Origin: Wickerhamiella versatilis | Lineage: Eukaryota | NCBI GenBank assembly: GCA_030867685.1 | Contig: JAQOWU010000007.1 | Span: forward strand, 1,798,001-1,862,000 | Direction: 5' to 3' | Length of the DNA stretch: 64,000 nucleotides | In this document: piece after piece, positions 50,356 to 61,050 of the stretch | Layout of the letters: the number at the start of each line of letters is the position of its first letter | Position numbering within the stretch: the stretch's first letter is position 1 | Notes under the pieces: generated by a model | What the model was told of the DNA's origin: nothing | The model's database searches: none | Seen by the model: only the letters and a program-made list of their open reading frames with translations | Translations under genes and position numbers: made by a program

Positions 50356-51735
50356 ATGTCAACTGCGGATCTTGCTTCGGCTAGCGAAGGGGTTACCCTT
50401 CTGAAGCAGCTCATACCTGTAGTTGCAAGTCATAATAATTACAAGGGAGGTCCATGGTGGCAGAGTGGGATTGCTCCATTCATAAAGTTCTCACAGGAGC
50501 GAGGCCTCGCTGACAAGGACACGCTGAAATTAGTGGTGCCAGCCTTGCCCGGGCTATTTGGTGGATATCCATTTCCCTCTTGGAATCAAGGCGAGGAAGC
50601 AGCGAACGGAGTACTCATTGCTGTATTCTCCATACTTATGGTGGCCAACTTATACATATTCATTCGCAACCGAATCCGGAGCCAGCGATTCTATTTCTCG
50701 GTTGGCGTTGCTTTAGTTTGTGCGATGAAAGTGATTGGATTCGCATGCCGTCTCGCATGGTCACATGATATACTTGCCTTGAATGTGGGGATTGCGTCCG
50801 TTGTCTTCATTCAAGTCGCTCAGCTTGTACTGCTGGCCATGAACCTAGTGCTTGCACATCGCATATTTACTTGGCGACATCCAGAAACTGGAAACTCAAT
50901 TTGGGTGAATATATGCATGATCCAGATATACCTGATCGTATTAGTGGTAATAGCCATGGCAATCTTGGGCCAAGTTTTACCTTACCTATATTTCATGGAC
51001 CATCATCACTACAATATATGCCGCAATGTTGCCAAGGCTGCAGCTGTTTTAAACCTCTACTTCGCATCAATGCCATGCCAATTGCTCGTATTGGCCTATG
51101 CTTTACCTCCAGGCACGGTGATATCCTTGCTTGGGATAAATAAGATCATCCCGCCCGTGCATCAAGCATCCTGGATAAAGAGTGCGGGTATATTTTACTT
51201 TCCGGAACACGACTCACAGGTTTTTGTGAGCCCTCAGCATAAGCACACCATTCGCATTATGCCGTCCCGGGAACCGCCCGGCAAAGGATTTCACAAGGCC
51301 TTCCATGAGCCCATGCATCCCGAGAGTCCCCGTATAGCCGTCGCAGTCATCGCCGTCCTTGTCTCTAGCATTGTCCTTGTAGGAACAACCTGCTTCCGCG
51401 TAGCTGCCGTCTTCCACGGTGAAAATTACGGCACAACTCGCCCTGACAGCTCGGTAGATGTTAGCTACTGGCCCTGGCATCCATATGTCCAATTCATATT
51501 CTACGGTGGGGTAGAGGCTGCAGTCATTATTTGGTATCTGGTGATGCGGGTGGATTTACGCTTCTACATTCCAGAGATAACTGATATAGTGGAAGGGACC
51601 CCCAAGCGAAGGAAAACGACAATGCTAAGCAATGAGTCTAAAACAAGTGAAGAGGATGCAACTTATGAGCTAGAATCGAATATTACCACACTTTCTTCAA
51701 ATTGGGAGAAAAGCCAAAATTTCTTCTTCAATTAG
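50356..51735 (+). CDS. DUF3112/RTA1-like multi-pass membrane protein, paralog A
   Basis: FGGYP, KVIGFACRLAW, NLVLAHRIFTWRHP, RVDLRFYIPE. Confidence 0.75.
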   Translation: MSTADLASASEGVTLLKQLIPVVASHNNYKGGPWWQSGIAPFIKFSQERGLADKDTLKLVVPALPGLFGGYPFPSWNQGEEAANGVLIAVFSILMVANLYIFIRNRIRSQRFYFSVGVALVCAMKVIGFACRLAWSHDILALNVGIASVVFIQVAQLVLLAMNLVLAHRIFTWRHPETGNSIWVNICMIQIYLIVLVVIAMAILGQVLPYLYFMDHHHYNICRNVAKAAAVLNLYFASMPCQLLVLAYALPPGTVISLLGINKIIPPVHQASWIKSAGIFYFPEHDSQVFVSPQHKHTIRIMPSREPPGKGFHKAFHEPMHPESPRIAVAVIAVLVSSIVLVGTTCFRVAAVFHGENYGTTRPDSSVDVSYWPWHPYVQFIFYGGVEAAVIIWYLVMRVDLRFYIPEITDIVEGTPKRRKTTMLSNESKTSEEDATYELESNITTLSSNWEKSQNFFFN

Positions 51736-52549
51736 GGGCACCTTGCCAGTAGAGGACGGATATATTTTTGTATTCATAGAAAGCTAGAGGACCGAGTATA
51801 AATTTTTTTTTATTCTTCCCATAAGATGTGTCGCCGATGATGTACCAATCAATATGCACTTCAAGTTTTACCTTACATATACTAGATGACAAATAGTTCG
51901 TTAAATGGACGGATTGTTGGGAATCTCTTCTTCAATTAATCGAACCCTGCTAGTTACTGGTCAAAAAGCATCAATATTTTAATTTATGGCGTCTATCCTA
52001 TAGATATATAGGATATTATTTTCTGTTCCTCGTATAAAATGAGATTGGGGTTATCGTCACTTAGCTCGATAAGCAACATGTAATCATAGGCGGGGTACGC
52101 GGGGAATTACGACAGGGTTTTGTCGATCTTTGAAATTAAAATTACAGCAAGTATCCTCTGTCAATTCAGCAAAATTCTGATGATTCTTAAACGTTCGAAT
52201 AGCTGGCAGTTATAGTGTATTTTTTTTCGTCTAAGCAATTAAAATTGTCAGAGGATGATTAGAACAAGACGAACCACATACAATATTCCACAGCTTAAAC
52301 ACTCTATCATCCTTAAAATGCAATTATTATCTTTAATTGAATGTTTGAATTGCTCTACTTCATTTGATTCCCAAAATGGTTATGCAAGATGGCCGACAGG
52401 GCAAGTAAGTCACAAAAATGGCTTTAGCCCCAAACCCTTTCTACCCCGCACTGCTGCATGATTTGCGCAAGAGAGTATAAAAGCTTTTTAAAATTCCATT
52501 TAGAATTACATTTAGATACTAGCGACTCGTGGTTCGAATCAGAATTACC

Positions 52550-53920
52550 ATGGAGGGCCTTGGATCAATTACCGATGGTGTCTCTCTGTTCAAGACACTC
52601 ATACCTCTAGTTGCCAAGCAAACTGGTTACAAAGGGGATCCATGGTGGCAGAGTGGCGTCGCAGAATTCATAAAATTTGCGAAAGAGCAGGGACTTGAAT
52701 CTCCGGATACGCTGAAATTAACTGTTCCAGCCATGCCTGGACAATTCGGGGGCTATCCATTTCCATTATACAGCCAAAGTGAGCGGGCAGCGGATGGAGT
52801 ACTCATTGCTGTATTCTTCATCCTCATGGTAGCCCACTTCTACATATTCATTCGCAACCGAATCCGTGGCCAACGGTTCTACTTTTCCTTCGGGGTTGGT
52901 TTCGTTTGCATGATGAAAGTGATAGGATTCTCTTGTCGACTCGCATGGTCTCACGACGTTATGGACTTGAATGTAGGAATTGTTTCTATTGTCTTCATTC
53001 AAGTCGCTCAGCTCATACTGCTAGCAATGAACTTGGTACTTGCGCATCGTATCTTCACATGGCGACATCCAGAAACCGGTAACTCACTTTTTGTCAATAT
53101 ATACATGATACAGATATACTTGTACGTGTTAGTGGTGATAGCCATGGCGATAGTGGGCCAAAGCATACCGTTCCTCTACTTTTTGGATCATCATCATTAC
53201 AACATGTGTCGCAATGTCACAAAGGCTGCTGCTATTCTGAACCTCTTTTTTGCGACGATGCCATGTCAATTGCTGGCTCTGGTCTACATCCTACGTCCAG
53301 GTACGGTCATACCAGCCCTTGGAATAGGTGAGACGATTCCACCTGTGCACCAGGCATCCTGGATAAAGAGTGCGGGTATATTTTACTTTCCGGAACACGA
53401 CTCACAGGTTTTTGTGAGCCCTCAGCATAAGCACACCATTCGCATTATGCCATCCCGGGAGCCGCCCGGCAAAGGATTTCACAAGGCCTTCCATGAGCCC
53501 ATGCATCCTGAGAGTCCCCGTATAATCGTGGCAGTAATCACTGTCCTTGTCTCTAGCATTGTCCTTATAGGAACAACATGCTTCCGCGTAGCCGCCGTCT
53601 TCCACGGTGAAAACTATGGTACGCCCCGCCCAGATGGTACGGTGAAAGTCGGCTACTGGCCTTGGCATCCATATGTCCAATTCGTGTTCTACGGTGGGGT
53701 AGAGGCTGCAGTCATTATTTGGTACCTGGTGATGCGAGTAGATTTACGCTTCTACATTCCAGAGATAACTGATATAGTGGAAGGGACCCCCAAACGAGGA
53801 AAGAGAGCGATGTCAGATGATAGCAGTGGACCAGCTGAGGATGGAACCTATAATTTGGAGGAGAAAACTACAACACGTTCGTCGACGTGGGACAAAAGCC
53901 GGAATTTCTTGTTCAATTGA
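52550..53920 (+). CDS. DUF3112/RTA1-like multi-pass membrane protein, paralog B
   Basis: Colinear with paralog A; ATG at 52550; TATAAAA at ~52476. Confidence 0.75.
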   Translation: MEGLGSITDGVSLFKTLIPLVAKQTGYKGDPWWQSGVAEFIKFAKEQGLESPDTLKLTVPAMPGQFGGYPFPLYSQSERAADGVLIAVFFILMVAHFYIFIRNRIRGQRFYFSFGVGFVCMMKVIGFSCRLAWSHDVMDLNVGIVSIVFIQVAQLILLAMNLVLAHRIFTWRHPETGNSLFVNIYMIQIYLYVLVVIAMAIVGQSIPFLYFLDHHHYNMCRNVTKAAAILNLFFATMPCQLLALVYILRPGTVIPALGIGETIPPVHQASWIKSAGIFYFPEHDSQVFVSPQHKHTIRIMPSREPPGKGFHKAFHEPMHPESPRIIVAVITVLVSSIVLIGTTCFRVAAVFHGENYGTPRPDGTVKVGYWPWHPYVQFVFYGGVEAAVIIWYLVMRVDLRFYIPEITDIVEGTPKRGKRAMSDDSSGPAEDGTYNLEEKTTTRSSTWDKSRNFLFN

Positions 53921-54436
53921 GCTTGTGTCCCAAATTCCTATTGCTATTACTATTCATGTAATCAAACTAGAAGTGAAATATCAAATCGTCAATTTTTTTT
54001 TCTATTTACCTCTTCTCATGAAGGAGAAAATGAAAGAAGCACTCCAAGACAAAGAAACATTTATATTATATAATCAAAGATAGCCGGGGTATTTGGGGGG
54101 TGCATCAATGTCAAACCTTAAATTCCGGAATTTGTTAATTATGATATAGTTAACCACTTGACAAAGACAATAGTATTTATCTTGCTTCAACTTGTGCTTA
54201 ACTCGGCGCAGGTTTTCCGCCTAAGCGGCTAAATATCAGCAGGAGGCTGGTTGCACAGTCAGCATTTCGCAACATCGTTTCGACGGTCAGTCTACCACCC
54301 CTCACCTTTAAACTACTCATTCGTTTTCGACAAGTAGACCGGAATTAAGGTGAGCTAATCTCCCCGGTAATACAAGTCTTACCATCCTTCACTCGCTCAG
54401 ATCATATCAACGTCGGGTCGTACAGTGTTTGTTTAC

Positions 54437-56269
54437 ATGGAGAATCCAGCAACCCCGACGTCTCCTTCAACACCTGTAGACACACCTACAGGTACACCTA
54501 TGTCTGTGCCGCATAATGCGTTGAGTGGAGACTCCTTTTCAGTTTTAAATTCCCCAAAAATGTCTTTATTTGAAATGTCTTCGGTGGTGCCTCCGGGGGC
54601 TCATATACATGAACGAAGAGCCTCCTCACCGAAGGATAGCGCTCGCGTAGGGAAACGATCAAGCCGCACCAACCTTAAACAGCGACATTCGCGGGTAAGT
54701 TTGCGGGAGCCTTCAGCCTCAAGTCGTTCAAAGCAGTCATCGGCGCTACCAGCCGAAGCAAAGAGGTCGGCGAAGATCGAGGCAAGCCCATCGATGCAAT
54801 CGCCTGCCAGGATTCGAGGAGTTCGCGGAAATGTACCGAATACACAGGGTGGTGCTGCTGCTGCTGCTGCCACTGCACTTTTTGGCAAATCCCAGTCTAA
54901 CTTAGCCGCGCCTCCCAAGATCACCACTAATATGACTCCTTTGAAAAAACACACGGTAAATAATGTGGGTCAAGAGTCCCGTGGTCTTTACAATGTGCTC
55001 CGGCCACCACCGTCGCCGGCCAACTACCAGCATCAGCAGCACCAACACCAACACCAGCACCCACATTATCAAGTACAACAGCAAATGAATCTTTCTCAAA
55101 TGCACCAGCAGCCCATGGCCGCTGCTGCTGCCGCTGCTGCTGCCGCAAGCAACACTGCAACTCCTCAGAATAATCAATACCTGCGATCTTCACCGTCGAC
55201 AATATTTGCCGGAGATAAAAGCGCTGGTAGTATAATAATGCCATCCCCAACGCCTGCATCGCGAATGCATTCAAGCTCGGAGCTTGTCTCTGCGGCTAGT
55301 GCATCTAGCCCTGCGAAGGGTGTGTTTCGCCAGACACAGTCCAAAGCTTCGCAGCCACCTAGAATTCAGCCGCGAGAGCCCCAGCCTCGAAGAAGGAAGC
55401 CTGCGAAAATAATCCCGGAGATGAGCTCTGCCATGTCACAATTTCAAGTTGAGCTGCGACCGCAAAGACCCACCAAGCCGGAGAATGGGTGGAACCAGAA
55501 CCTTCCGCAGTCAGTCAACTCGCAACCGCAGCCTCAGAGACGGCTTCAAAATCAACCACCGCAGCCACCTCCGAGCGCGCAGGGACTTCGGCAGCCACGG
55601 CCGCAGCCGCAGCCACAGCCGCAGCCTCCTTCTCATCCTCAACCACCTCAACAGCACCCGTATCAACAGCTCATTTCGCCGTATGGTATTCAACAGCCGC
55701 CTTATGGGCCCCCAATCGCACCTATCCCAGCGTTCGGAATCCCGCCCCCATCGGGCGCTGATATATCGTCAGGTCAGTTATTCCCGCCGGACACGATTCC
55801 TGGGCAACCAAATATGGTCCCGCCGCAGGGCCCCGCTGTGCCTGCTGCACCACCAGCATATACCTATACTCCTCCTCAGTGGTCTACTCCACCTATTAAT
55901 TTATATGCCACACAAGTCACCCCGCCGCCATCACAGGCGTCGCGAACTTCGATCTCGCCGGATTTCCGAGCAGATAGTCCTTTAAGTGATGATACTACTT
56001 GGAATATTGTTAATCCAGCCCAATTTGAGAAACGACAGTCTCCGCCGCGCAAAGAACGTTTGCGACCTTTTAAAGATATACCACCTCCTCGCACGGTAAT
56101 TACCGATGACTTGGACTTGGGTGTGCCAGAACCTACTCCACTTTCAGCATCGGCTGATCCTCCTCCCCCTCCACCTACAATGGACTTCGGTATTGAGTGG
56201 GGAGATCTAGGCGTTGACGAATCGTGGGATCCATTTCTTGGAGTTCTCCAAGAAGAAACTAGCTTTTGA
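54437..56269 (+). CDS. Low-complexity P/Q/S/A-rich protein with acidic-aromatic C-terminus
   Basis: 610-aa ORF, poly-Ala and QH/PQ tracts, many SP/TP sites; no folded domain recognised. Confidence 0.75.
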   Translation: MENPATPTSPSTPVDTPTGTPMSVPHNALSGDSFSVLNSPKMSLFEMSSVVPPGAHIHERRASSPKDSARVGKRSSRTNLKQRHSRVSLREPSASSRSKQSSALPAEAKRSAKIEASPSMQSPARIRGVRGNVPNTQGGAAAAAATALFGKSQSNLAAPPKITTNMTPLKKHTVNNVGQESRGLYNVLRPPPSPANYQHQQHQHQHQHPHYQVQQQMNLSQMHQQPMAAAAAAAAAASNTATPQNNQYLRSSPSTIFAGDKSAGSIIMPSPTPASRMHSSSELVSAASASSPAKGVFRQTQSKASQPPRIQPREPQPRRRKPAKIIPEMSSAMSQFQVELRPQRPTKPENGWNQNLPQSVNSQPQPQRRLQNQPPQPPPSAQGLRQPRPQPQPQPQPPSHPQPPQQHPYQQLISPYGIQQPPYGPPIAPIPAFGIPPPSGADISSGQLFPPDTIPGQPNMVPPQGPAVPAAPPAYTYTPPQWSTPPINLYATQVTPPPSQASRTSISPDFRADSPLSDDTTWNIVNPAQFEKRQSPPRKERLRPFKDIPPPRTVITDDLDLGVPEPTPLSASADPPPPPPTMDFGIEWGDLGVDESWDPFLGVLQEETSF

Positions 56270-56392
56270 TGCACGCGCTCTTGCATTCTATTAACATTTT
56301 TTTATATTTAACTTAAGTCTAGAGTAATGAGTAGCTACAGGACATTCTCTCCAAAAGCCTATTTTCATATGTTGACCCACGGTACCCAGAAC

Positions 56393-56986
56393 TTACTTGC
56401 TACGGTACCATAAGCGGCTGATCTTTTGAGTACGCATCTTCTTTTGAAGCTGGAAAATACCATAGAGCAACGCTTCAGCTGTTGGCGGGCATCCAGGTAC
56501 ATAGACATCGACGGGAACGACCCGATCACAGCCTCTAACCACTGAGTATGAGTAGTGATAATAACCACCTCCATTGGCACAGGAACCCATAGATATAACC
56601 CATCTTGGCTCAGGCATCTGTTCATAAACTTGTCGCAAGGGGGCAGCCATCTTGTTGGTCAAAGTTCCCGCCACAATCATAATGTCAGACTGACGGGGAG
56701 ATGCCCGAAAAATGATACCCATTCGATCCTGATCGTAACGGGGACCTGATGCATGCATCATCTCTACCGCACAGCAGGCGAGACCGAAAGTTACTGGCCA
56801 GAACGAGCCCTGACGGGCCCAGTTTGCGATAGCGTCCATGCTCGTCAAAGCATAGTCAACAGCATTAGGCTTCTGATCCCGCAGCAATGGCTGATCACGC
56901 GGCATTGGAGCCCTTGTTTGCAGAGCACTTGTCGCAGCAGTACGCTGCAACAATCGCGTAGCAGGCTTCAATCCAGGTCGGAGCAT
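56393..56986 (-). CDS. NADH:ubiquinone oxidoreductase PSST subunit (NDUFS7/NUKM)
   Basis: [43 protein letters not shown]; Arg-rich presequence from ATG 56986. Confidence 0.96.
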   Translation of the reverse strand: MLRPGLKPATRLLQRTAATSALQTRAPMPRDQPLLRDQKPNAVDYALTSMDAIANWARQGSFWPVTFGLACCAVEMMHASGPRYDQDRMGIIFRASPRQSDIMIVAGTLTNKMAAPLRQVYEQMPEPRWVISMGSCANGGGYYHYSYSVVRGCDRVVPVDVYVPGCPPTAEALLYGIFQLQKKMRTQKISRLWYRSK

Positions 56987-57051
56987 TTGTGCACTTGGGT
57001 GGATTACGCAAGCTGTGATTCGTCGACGAAGGCTGACAGACATCATTAGTG

Positions 57052-57486
57052 ATGGGAGGTCAGTTTCTGTTGATCCAGAATCGGCAAGGCAAGACACGTC
57101 TCGCTAAGTGGTGGGAGCCTACGCCTGAGACAGAGCGACGGAGGCTTAAGCGGGATGTCCATAAGCTTGTCATGTCGCGAGATCAGAGAATCCACTCGAA
57201 TTTTGCCTCTTTCGAGGACAAACTCCTTGTATATCGAAGGTATGCTGGAATATTTTGTTGCATATGCATAAAAAATGATGATAATCAACTATATTTCCTG
57301 GAAGCCCTTCATCTCTTTGTAGAGATCCTTGATACCTTCTTTGGAAACGTATGTGAACTAGACATTGTCTTCCACTTCGCGGAAGTTTATGAGGCACTTG
57401 ATGAGATATTTTTGGCTGGAGAGGTATCCGAGACGTCACGGAAAGTGATTCTTGGAAGAATGGAAACCTTCGAAAGTCAACAATAA
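57052..57486 (+). CDS. APS2: AP-2 adaptor sigma subunit
   Basis: [42 protein letters not shown]. Confidence 0.88.
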   Translation: MGGQFLLIQNRQGKTRLAKWWEPTPETERRRLKRDVHKLVMSRDQRIHSNFASFEDKLLVYRRYAGIFCCICIKNDDNQLYFLEALHLFVEILDTFFGNVCELDIVFHFAEVYEALDEIFLAGEVSETSRKVILGRMETFESQQ

Positions 57487-57648
57487 AAAGTATTATGAGA
57501 CGTAGGTTAACACGTGCGTGTGCCTATAATATTTAATGTAGTTATGGATAAAAAATATCTAACAGGCTTGAGGCCGCATCCATCCTAGCTTTCAAAACTA
57601 TGAGATATCGACATAAATACGTTCAGATCACATTTGATTATATAATAC

Positions 57649-59262
57649 ATGTTTGGCCAAGGGGCCACGGGAGGTGGATTCAGTTTTGGCGCTAAGCCAG
57701 CTGGCCAAACCCAGGGAACTGGCAGCATCTTTGGGCAACCAGCAGCAAATAATTCTCAGGGTGGTCTCTTTGGTAACCAGCAGTCTACAGCCCCGTCCAC
57801 GGGCCTGTTTGGCTCTCAGAACCAGCAGCAGCCAGCTTCTGGTGGGCTGTTTGGCGCTCAGAACCAGCCGAAACCAGGTGGCCTTTTCGGTACGCAAACC
57901 CAGCCACAGCAACCTTCTGGCGGTGGTCTTTTTGGCTCTCAAAACCAGCCAAAACCAGGTGGCCTATTCGGTACGCAGACTCAGCCACAGCAACCTTCTA
58001 GTGGCGGTCTTTTCGGCGCTCAGAACCAACAGCAGCCATCCGGTGGTCTCTTTGGTGCCCAGAATCAGCAACAACCGTCCGGTGGGCTTTTTGGTGCTCA
58101 AAACCAGCAGCAGCCTGCTTCGGGTGGGCTCTTTGGTTCTCAAAACCAACAACAACCTGCTTCGGGTGGGTTATTTGGCAACCAAGATCAGCAGAAACCA
58201 GGTGGTTTGTTTGGCTCGCAGACTCAACAACAGCCGTCTGGCGGCCTCTTTGGCAGTAAACCGCCCCAGCAGCCATCCGGTGGCCTATTCGGCTCTCAAA
58301 ATCAGCAACAGCAGCAGCAACCGTCTGGTGGACTATTTGGCTCTCAAACCCAGCAGAAGCCCGGTGGCTTATTTGGTAGCTCAACGCCAACACAGCCTTC
58401 TACCGGCGGACTGTTTGGAAACCAGACACAGCAACCGTCTGGTGGTCTTTTCGGTAATCAAAATCAGCAGCCATCCGGTGGTCTGTTCGGCTCCCAGAAC
58501 CAGCAACAGCAGCCGTCCGGTGGGCTTTTCGGCTCCCAAAACCAGCAACAGCCTTCTGGTGGTCTTTTCGGTTCGCAGAATCAAACACAACCCTCAGGCG
58601 GCTTATTTGGCTCTCAAAACCAGCAGCAGCCGTCTGGTGGCCTCTTTGGAGCCCAAAATCAACAGCAGCAGGCTCAACAACAGCAGCAAGGTCAGCAGCA
58701 GCAAATCACACCTTTCACGCGTCCTATTGATTTGCCTGAACCCTATCAAAAGGAACTTGAAGCGATTGACACATATATTGCGCAACAAAGTCGGCTCGGT
58801 GAGACTATCCAGGCCTCCATGGATTCCCATCGTGAATTGGTAGAGAGCGTTCCTCGTGATGTTAGTCTTCTTCATCATCGTCTGATATCGGCCAAGGAAA
58901 CATTAAAATTTGATGATGAGCAGCTCCGACTCTTGAAGTCTATCTCGGACACAGGCTTCTCAGATGTGGAACGCTTTCGTGATGTCCTGGCAACTACCTG
59001 GAGCGATCAAGACCGCCGGGTCGATCGCCTCACACCATACTTCCAGCGAAGGCTTAAGGAATGTCATTCGCGCCTCGAGCAGCTTGGAGCGGCAGTTCAT
59101 GATGTCAATCAAGGCATAACTGTTCTAGAGACGAAGACACCGACTCCACCAAACCCATCGACTGTTGTTGGTGCACTTAGAGATGAATACAATTATTTCA
59201 TGAGCTTAAGTGACCGTGTGGCTGAACTACATCAGAATGTTGAACAATTGGGCCGGGGTTGA
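57649..59262 (+). CDS. NUP49: GLFG nucleoporin Nup49
   Basis: Over 20 GGLFG repeats with Q-rich spacers, then ITPFTRPIDLPEPYQKELEAIDTYIAQQ coiled-coil region. Confidence 0.85.
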   Translation: MFGQGATGGGFSFGAKPAGQTQGTGSIFGQPAANNSQGGLFGNQQSTAPSTGLFGSQNQQQPASGGLFGAQNQPKPGGLFGTQTQPQQPSGGGLFGSQNQPKPGGLFGTQTQPQQPSSGGLFGAQNQQQPSGGLFGAQNQQQPSGGLFGAQNQQQPASGGLFGSQNQQQPASGGLFGNQDQQKPGGLFGSQTQQQPSGGLFGSKPPQQPSGGLFGSQNQQQQQQPSGGLFGSQTQQKPGGLFGSSTPTQPSTGGLFGNQTQQPSGGLFGNQNQQPSGGLFGSQNQQQQPSGGLFGSQNQQQPSGGLFGSQNQTQPSGGLFGSQNQQQPSGGLFGAQNQQQQAQQQQQGQQQQITPFTRPIDLPEPYQKELEAIDTYIAQQSRLGETIQASMDSHRELVESVPRDVSLLHHRLISAKETLKFDDEQLRLLKSISDTGFSDVERFRDVLATTWSDQDRRVDRLTPYFQRRLKECHSRLEQLGAAVHDVNQGITVLETKTPTPPNPSTVVGALRDEYNYFMSLSDRVAELHQNVEQLGRG

Positions 59263-59567
59263 AATGACCTCAGATATTTAGTTTATGCGGAACACGGTCA
59301 AGAATGTTATGAGAGAAAAATTTTGAGGATACTGAGATTCATGTTTTTAGCTGGAGTCAATCGCTTTAGACTGTTTGGGCACAGTAGAATAAAAAGCCAC
59401 TATTAATCTAGAAATTTTTTAAAATAGCCTCGAATCATAATCTGACATCTCAGTACATATGACAGAAACTAGTAAATGAAACAAGAAGCGACAGCACATT
59501 ATTTCTAGCTACTTAAAACCACCTCGAGCTTTGCTTTTATGCTATTTTCTTTATCTAACTAGTGAGC

Positions 59568-61004
59568 TCACTTGAGGTAACGGTCGAAAGCAATTGAATA
59601 CGATGCGTTTGTCCATCCAAAGCCTGTTATTTCTGATCCCTGATTACCATATTCTGCTAGCACCTCCTCAGGTTTCTGAGACCCCATTACATTGTATTTC
59701 TCATAAACTTTCCCTGTACGCTCCCATACACCTAGGATAAGATTGGCCCATTTTGTGGCAAGGCGGTGAGCTTCTTCCTTGAATCCATACTTTTCCAATC
59801 CTTCCCAAGCCAAGACTTGATGGGGTGCCCACCCTACAGGCCAATCCCACTGCCATCTAGAATTTTGGACTTTCGATGTACTTGCAAGACCATCAGGGCC
59901 TTCTAGAAGTGGTAAAATGCGGTTCACCAAGCTAGACGCTTGGTCTCGTGATGCAATACCACTCCAAAGAGCCCAGAATACCGTTGCACTAATGCACCTA
60001 GTATTAGCTTTCTTGGTTTCAACATTGTAATCGTAATATACCCCATCTTTAGGATTCCAAAGATAGCGGTCAACAGCTTCCTTACGACGCAGAGCTCTGT
60101 GTAGCCACACATCGGAGCCTGTGAGGGCTTCCAGGTCCATTTCATACTTGAACAATAAGCATTGTAAATCTATAGTGGCTAAATCAGCACACACACCTCG
60201 AAATCTTGTTGTTACATCATGGCCACTTTCCCGGACCGCCCGATCATGTCGAAAAAACTCATCAAGTGAAGGTTCATTGATCTCACCAGAGTTATACTTC
60301 TTGGAGAATTCATCTAGACTCAGGCCATACTTTTTAGCATAAGGCTCCAGAATATCTTCAAACTGGCCTGGTTCAACCTCGGGTGGGATTCCGTTACCGT
60401 ATCCTCCGTACTTTGACAGACCTGTTCGTGGATCATACCGTGGCGGGGAGTGCCACACAGAGAAATATTCGCGAATTGCACAATGTGATCCTTCCTTGTC
60501 ACTACAGCGTGTCAAGAGATCCGTCAATAGTGGTGGCTGGGCCCGCCCAAGATAGTACGACCGATTAGCATTCAGAATTCGCCCATAGTGCTCAATTTCA
60601 AAGCAGAAATGGGAAATAGTGGCATTTGCCAGGTCTTCCTTTCCATCTAACAGCAATCCCCTCGCAATGAAATAAGAGTCCCACCCATAAAGTTCATTAA
60701 ATCTGCAACCAGGAACGACATAGGGAAGCGGTGAGCCATTTGAATCTGTAGCCAGCGCCAATATTCCGGGAGGAATATGACTATCTGTGGTATCCTCAAG
60801 CTCTTTGACCTCTATATCAGCATGAGAGTAGTAGCTCAGCTGCTCTGGGCAACCAGAAGGAACCCAAATGCGCAATGAATCTTTCATTTTAGGGTCTGGA
60901 GCGAATTCCTCCACAGAATCTGTAGTCATTCTCCGAGTAAGTTTATTCCAAAATTTTGGAATATGCCTCCGAAGCTCAGCATGACGGTCTCCATTACTCT
61001 GCAT
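59568..61004 (-). CDS. NTH1: Neutral trehalase (GH37, Nth1 type), catalytic domain only
   Basis: PYVVPGCRFNELYGWDSYF, ILNANRSYYLGRAQPP, DRAVRESGHD, QWDWPVGWAPHQ, AEYGNQG, GFGWTN. Confidence 0.9.
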   Translation of the reverse strand: MQSNGDRHAELRRHIPKFWNKLTRRMTTDSVEEFAPDPKMKDSLRIWVPSGCPEQLSYYSHADIEVKELEDTTDSHIPPGILALATDSNGSPLPYVVPGCRFNELYGWDSYFIARGLLLDGKEDLANATISHFCFEIEHYGRILNANRSYYLGRAQPPLLTDLLTRCSDKEGSHCAIREYFSVWHSPPRYDPRTGLSKYGGYGNGIPPEVEPGQFEDILEPYAKKYGLSLDEFSKKYNSGEINEPSLDEFFRHDRAVRESGHDVTTRFRGVCADLATIDLQCLLFKYEMDLEALTGSDVWLHRALRRKEAVDRYLWNPKDGVYYDYNVETKKANTRCISATVFWALWSGIASRDQASSLVNRILPLLEGPDGLASTSKVQNSRWQWDWPVGWAPHQVLAWEGLEKYGFKEEAHRLATKWANLILGVWERTGKVYEKYNVMGSQKPEEVLAEYGNQGSEITGFGWTNASYSIAFDRYLK

Positions 61005-61050
61005 AGCGCACCGTTACTAAGCAAGAGGTCAGTTAAGGGGCGCCGTCGGC

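Noticed and set aside
52525-52545. GGTTCGAATC tRNA T-loop/B-box-like word (also GGTTCGA at 8515)
   Set aside because: No T-stem or cloverleaf; the 8515 instance is DBP10 coding sequence.
56987-57097. N-terminal extension of PSST overlapping APS2 (and ORF 38468 overlapping SLM5)
   Set aside because: Downstream ATGs (56986, 38543) give a typical presequence or spacer without overlap.
57653-58843. 396-aa alternative-frame ORF over NUP49
   Set aside because: By-product of GLFG/Gln repeat codons; no ATG start and no protein-like features.
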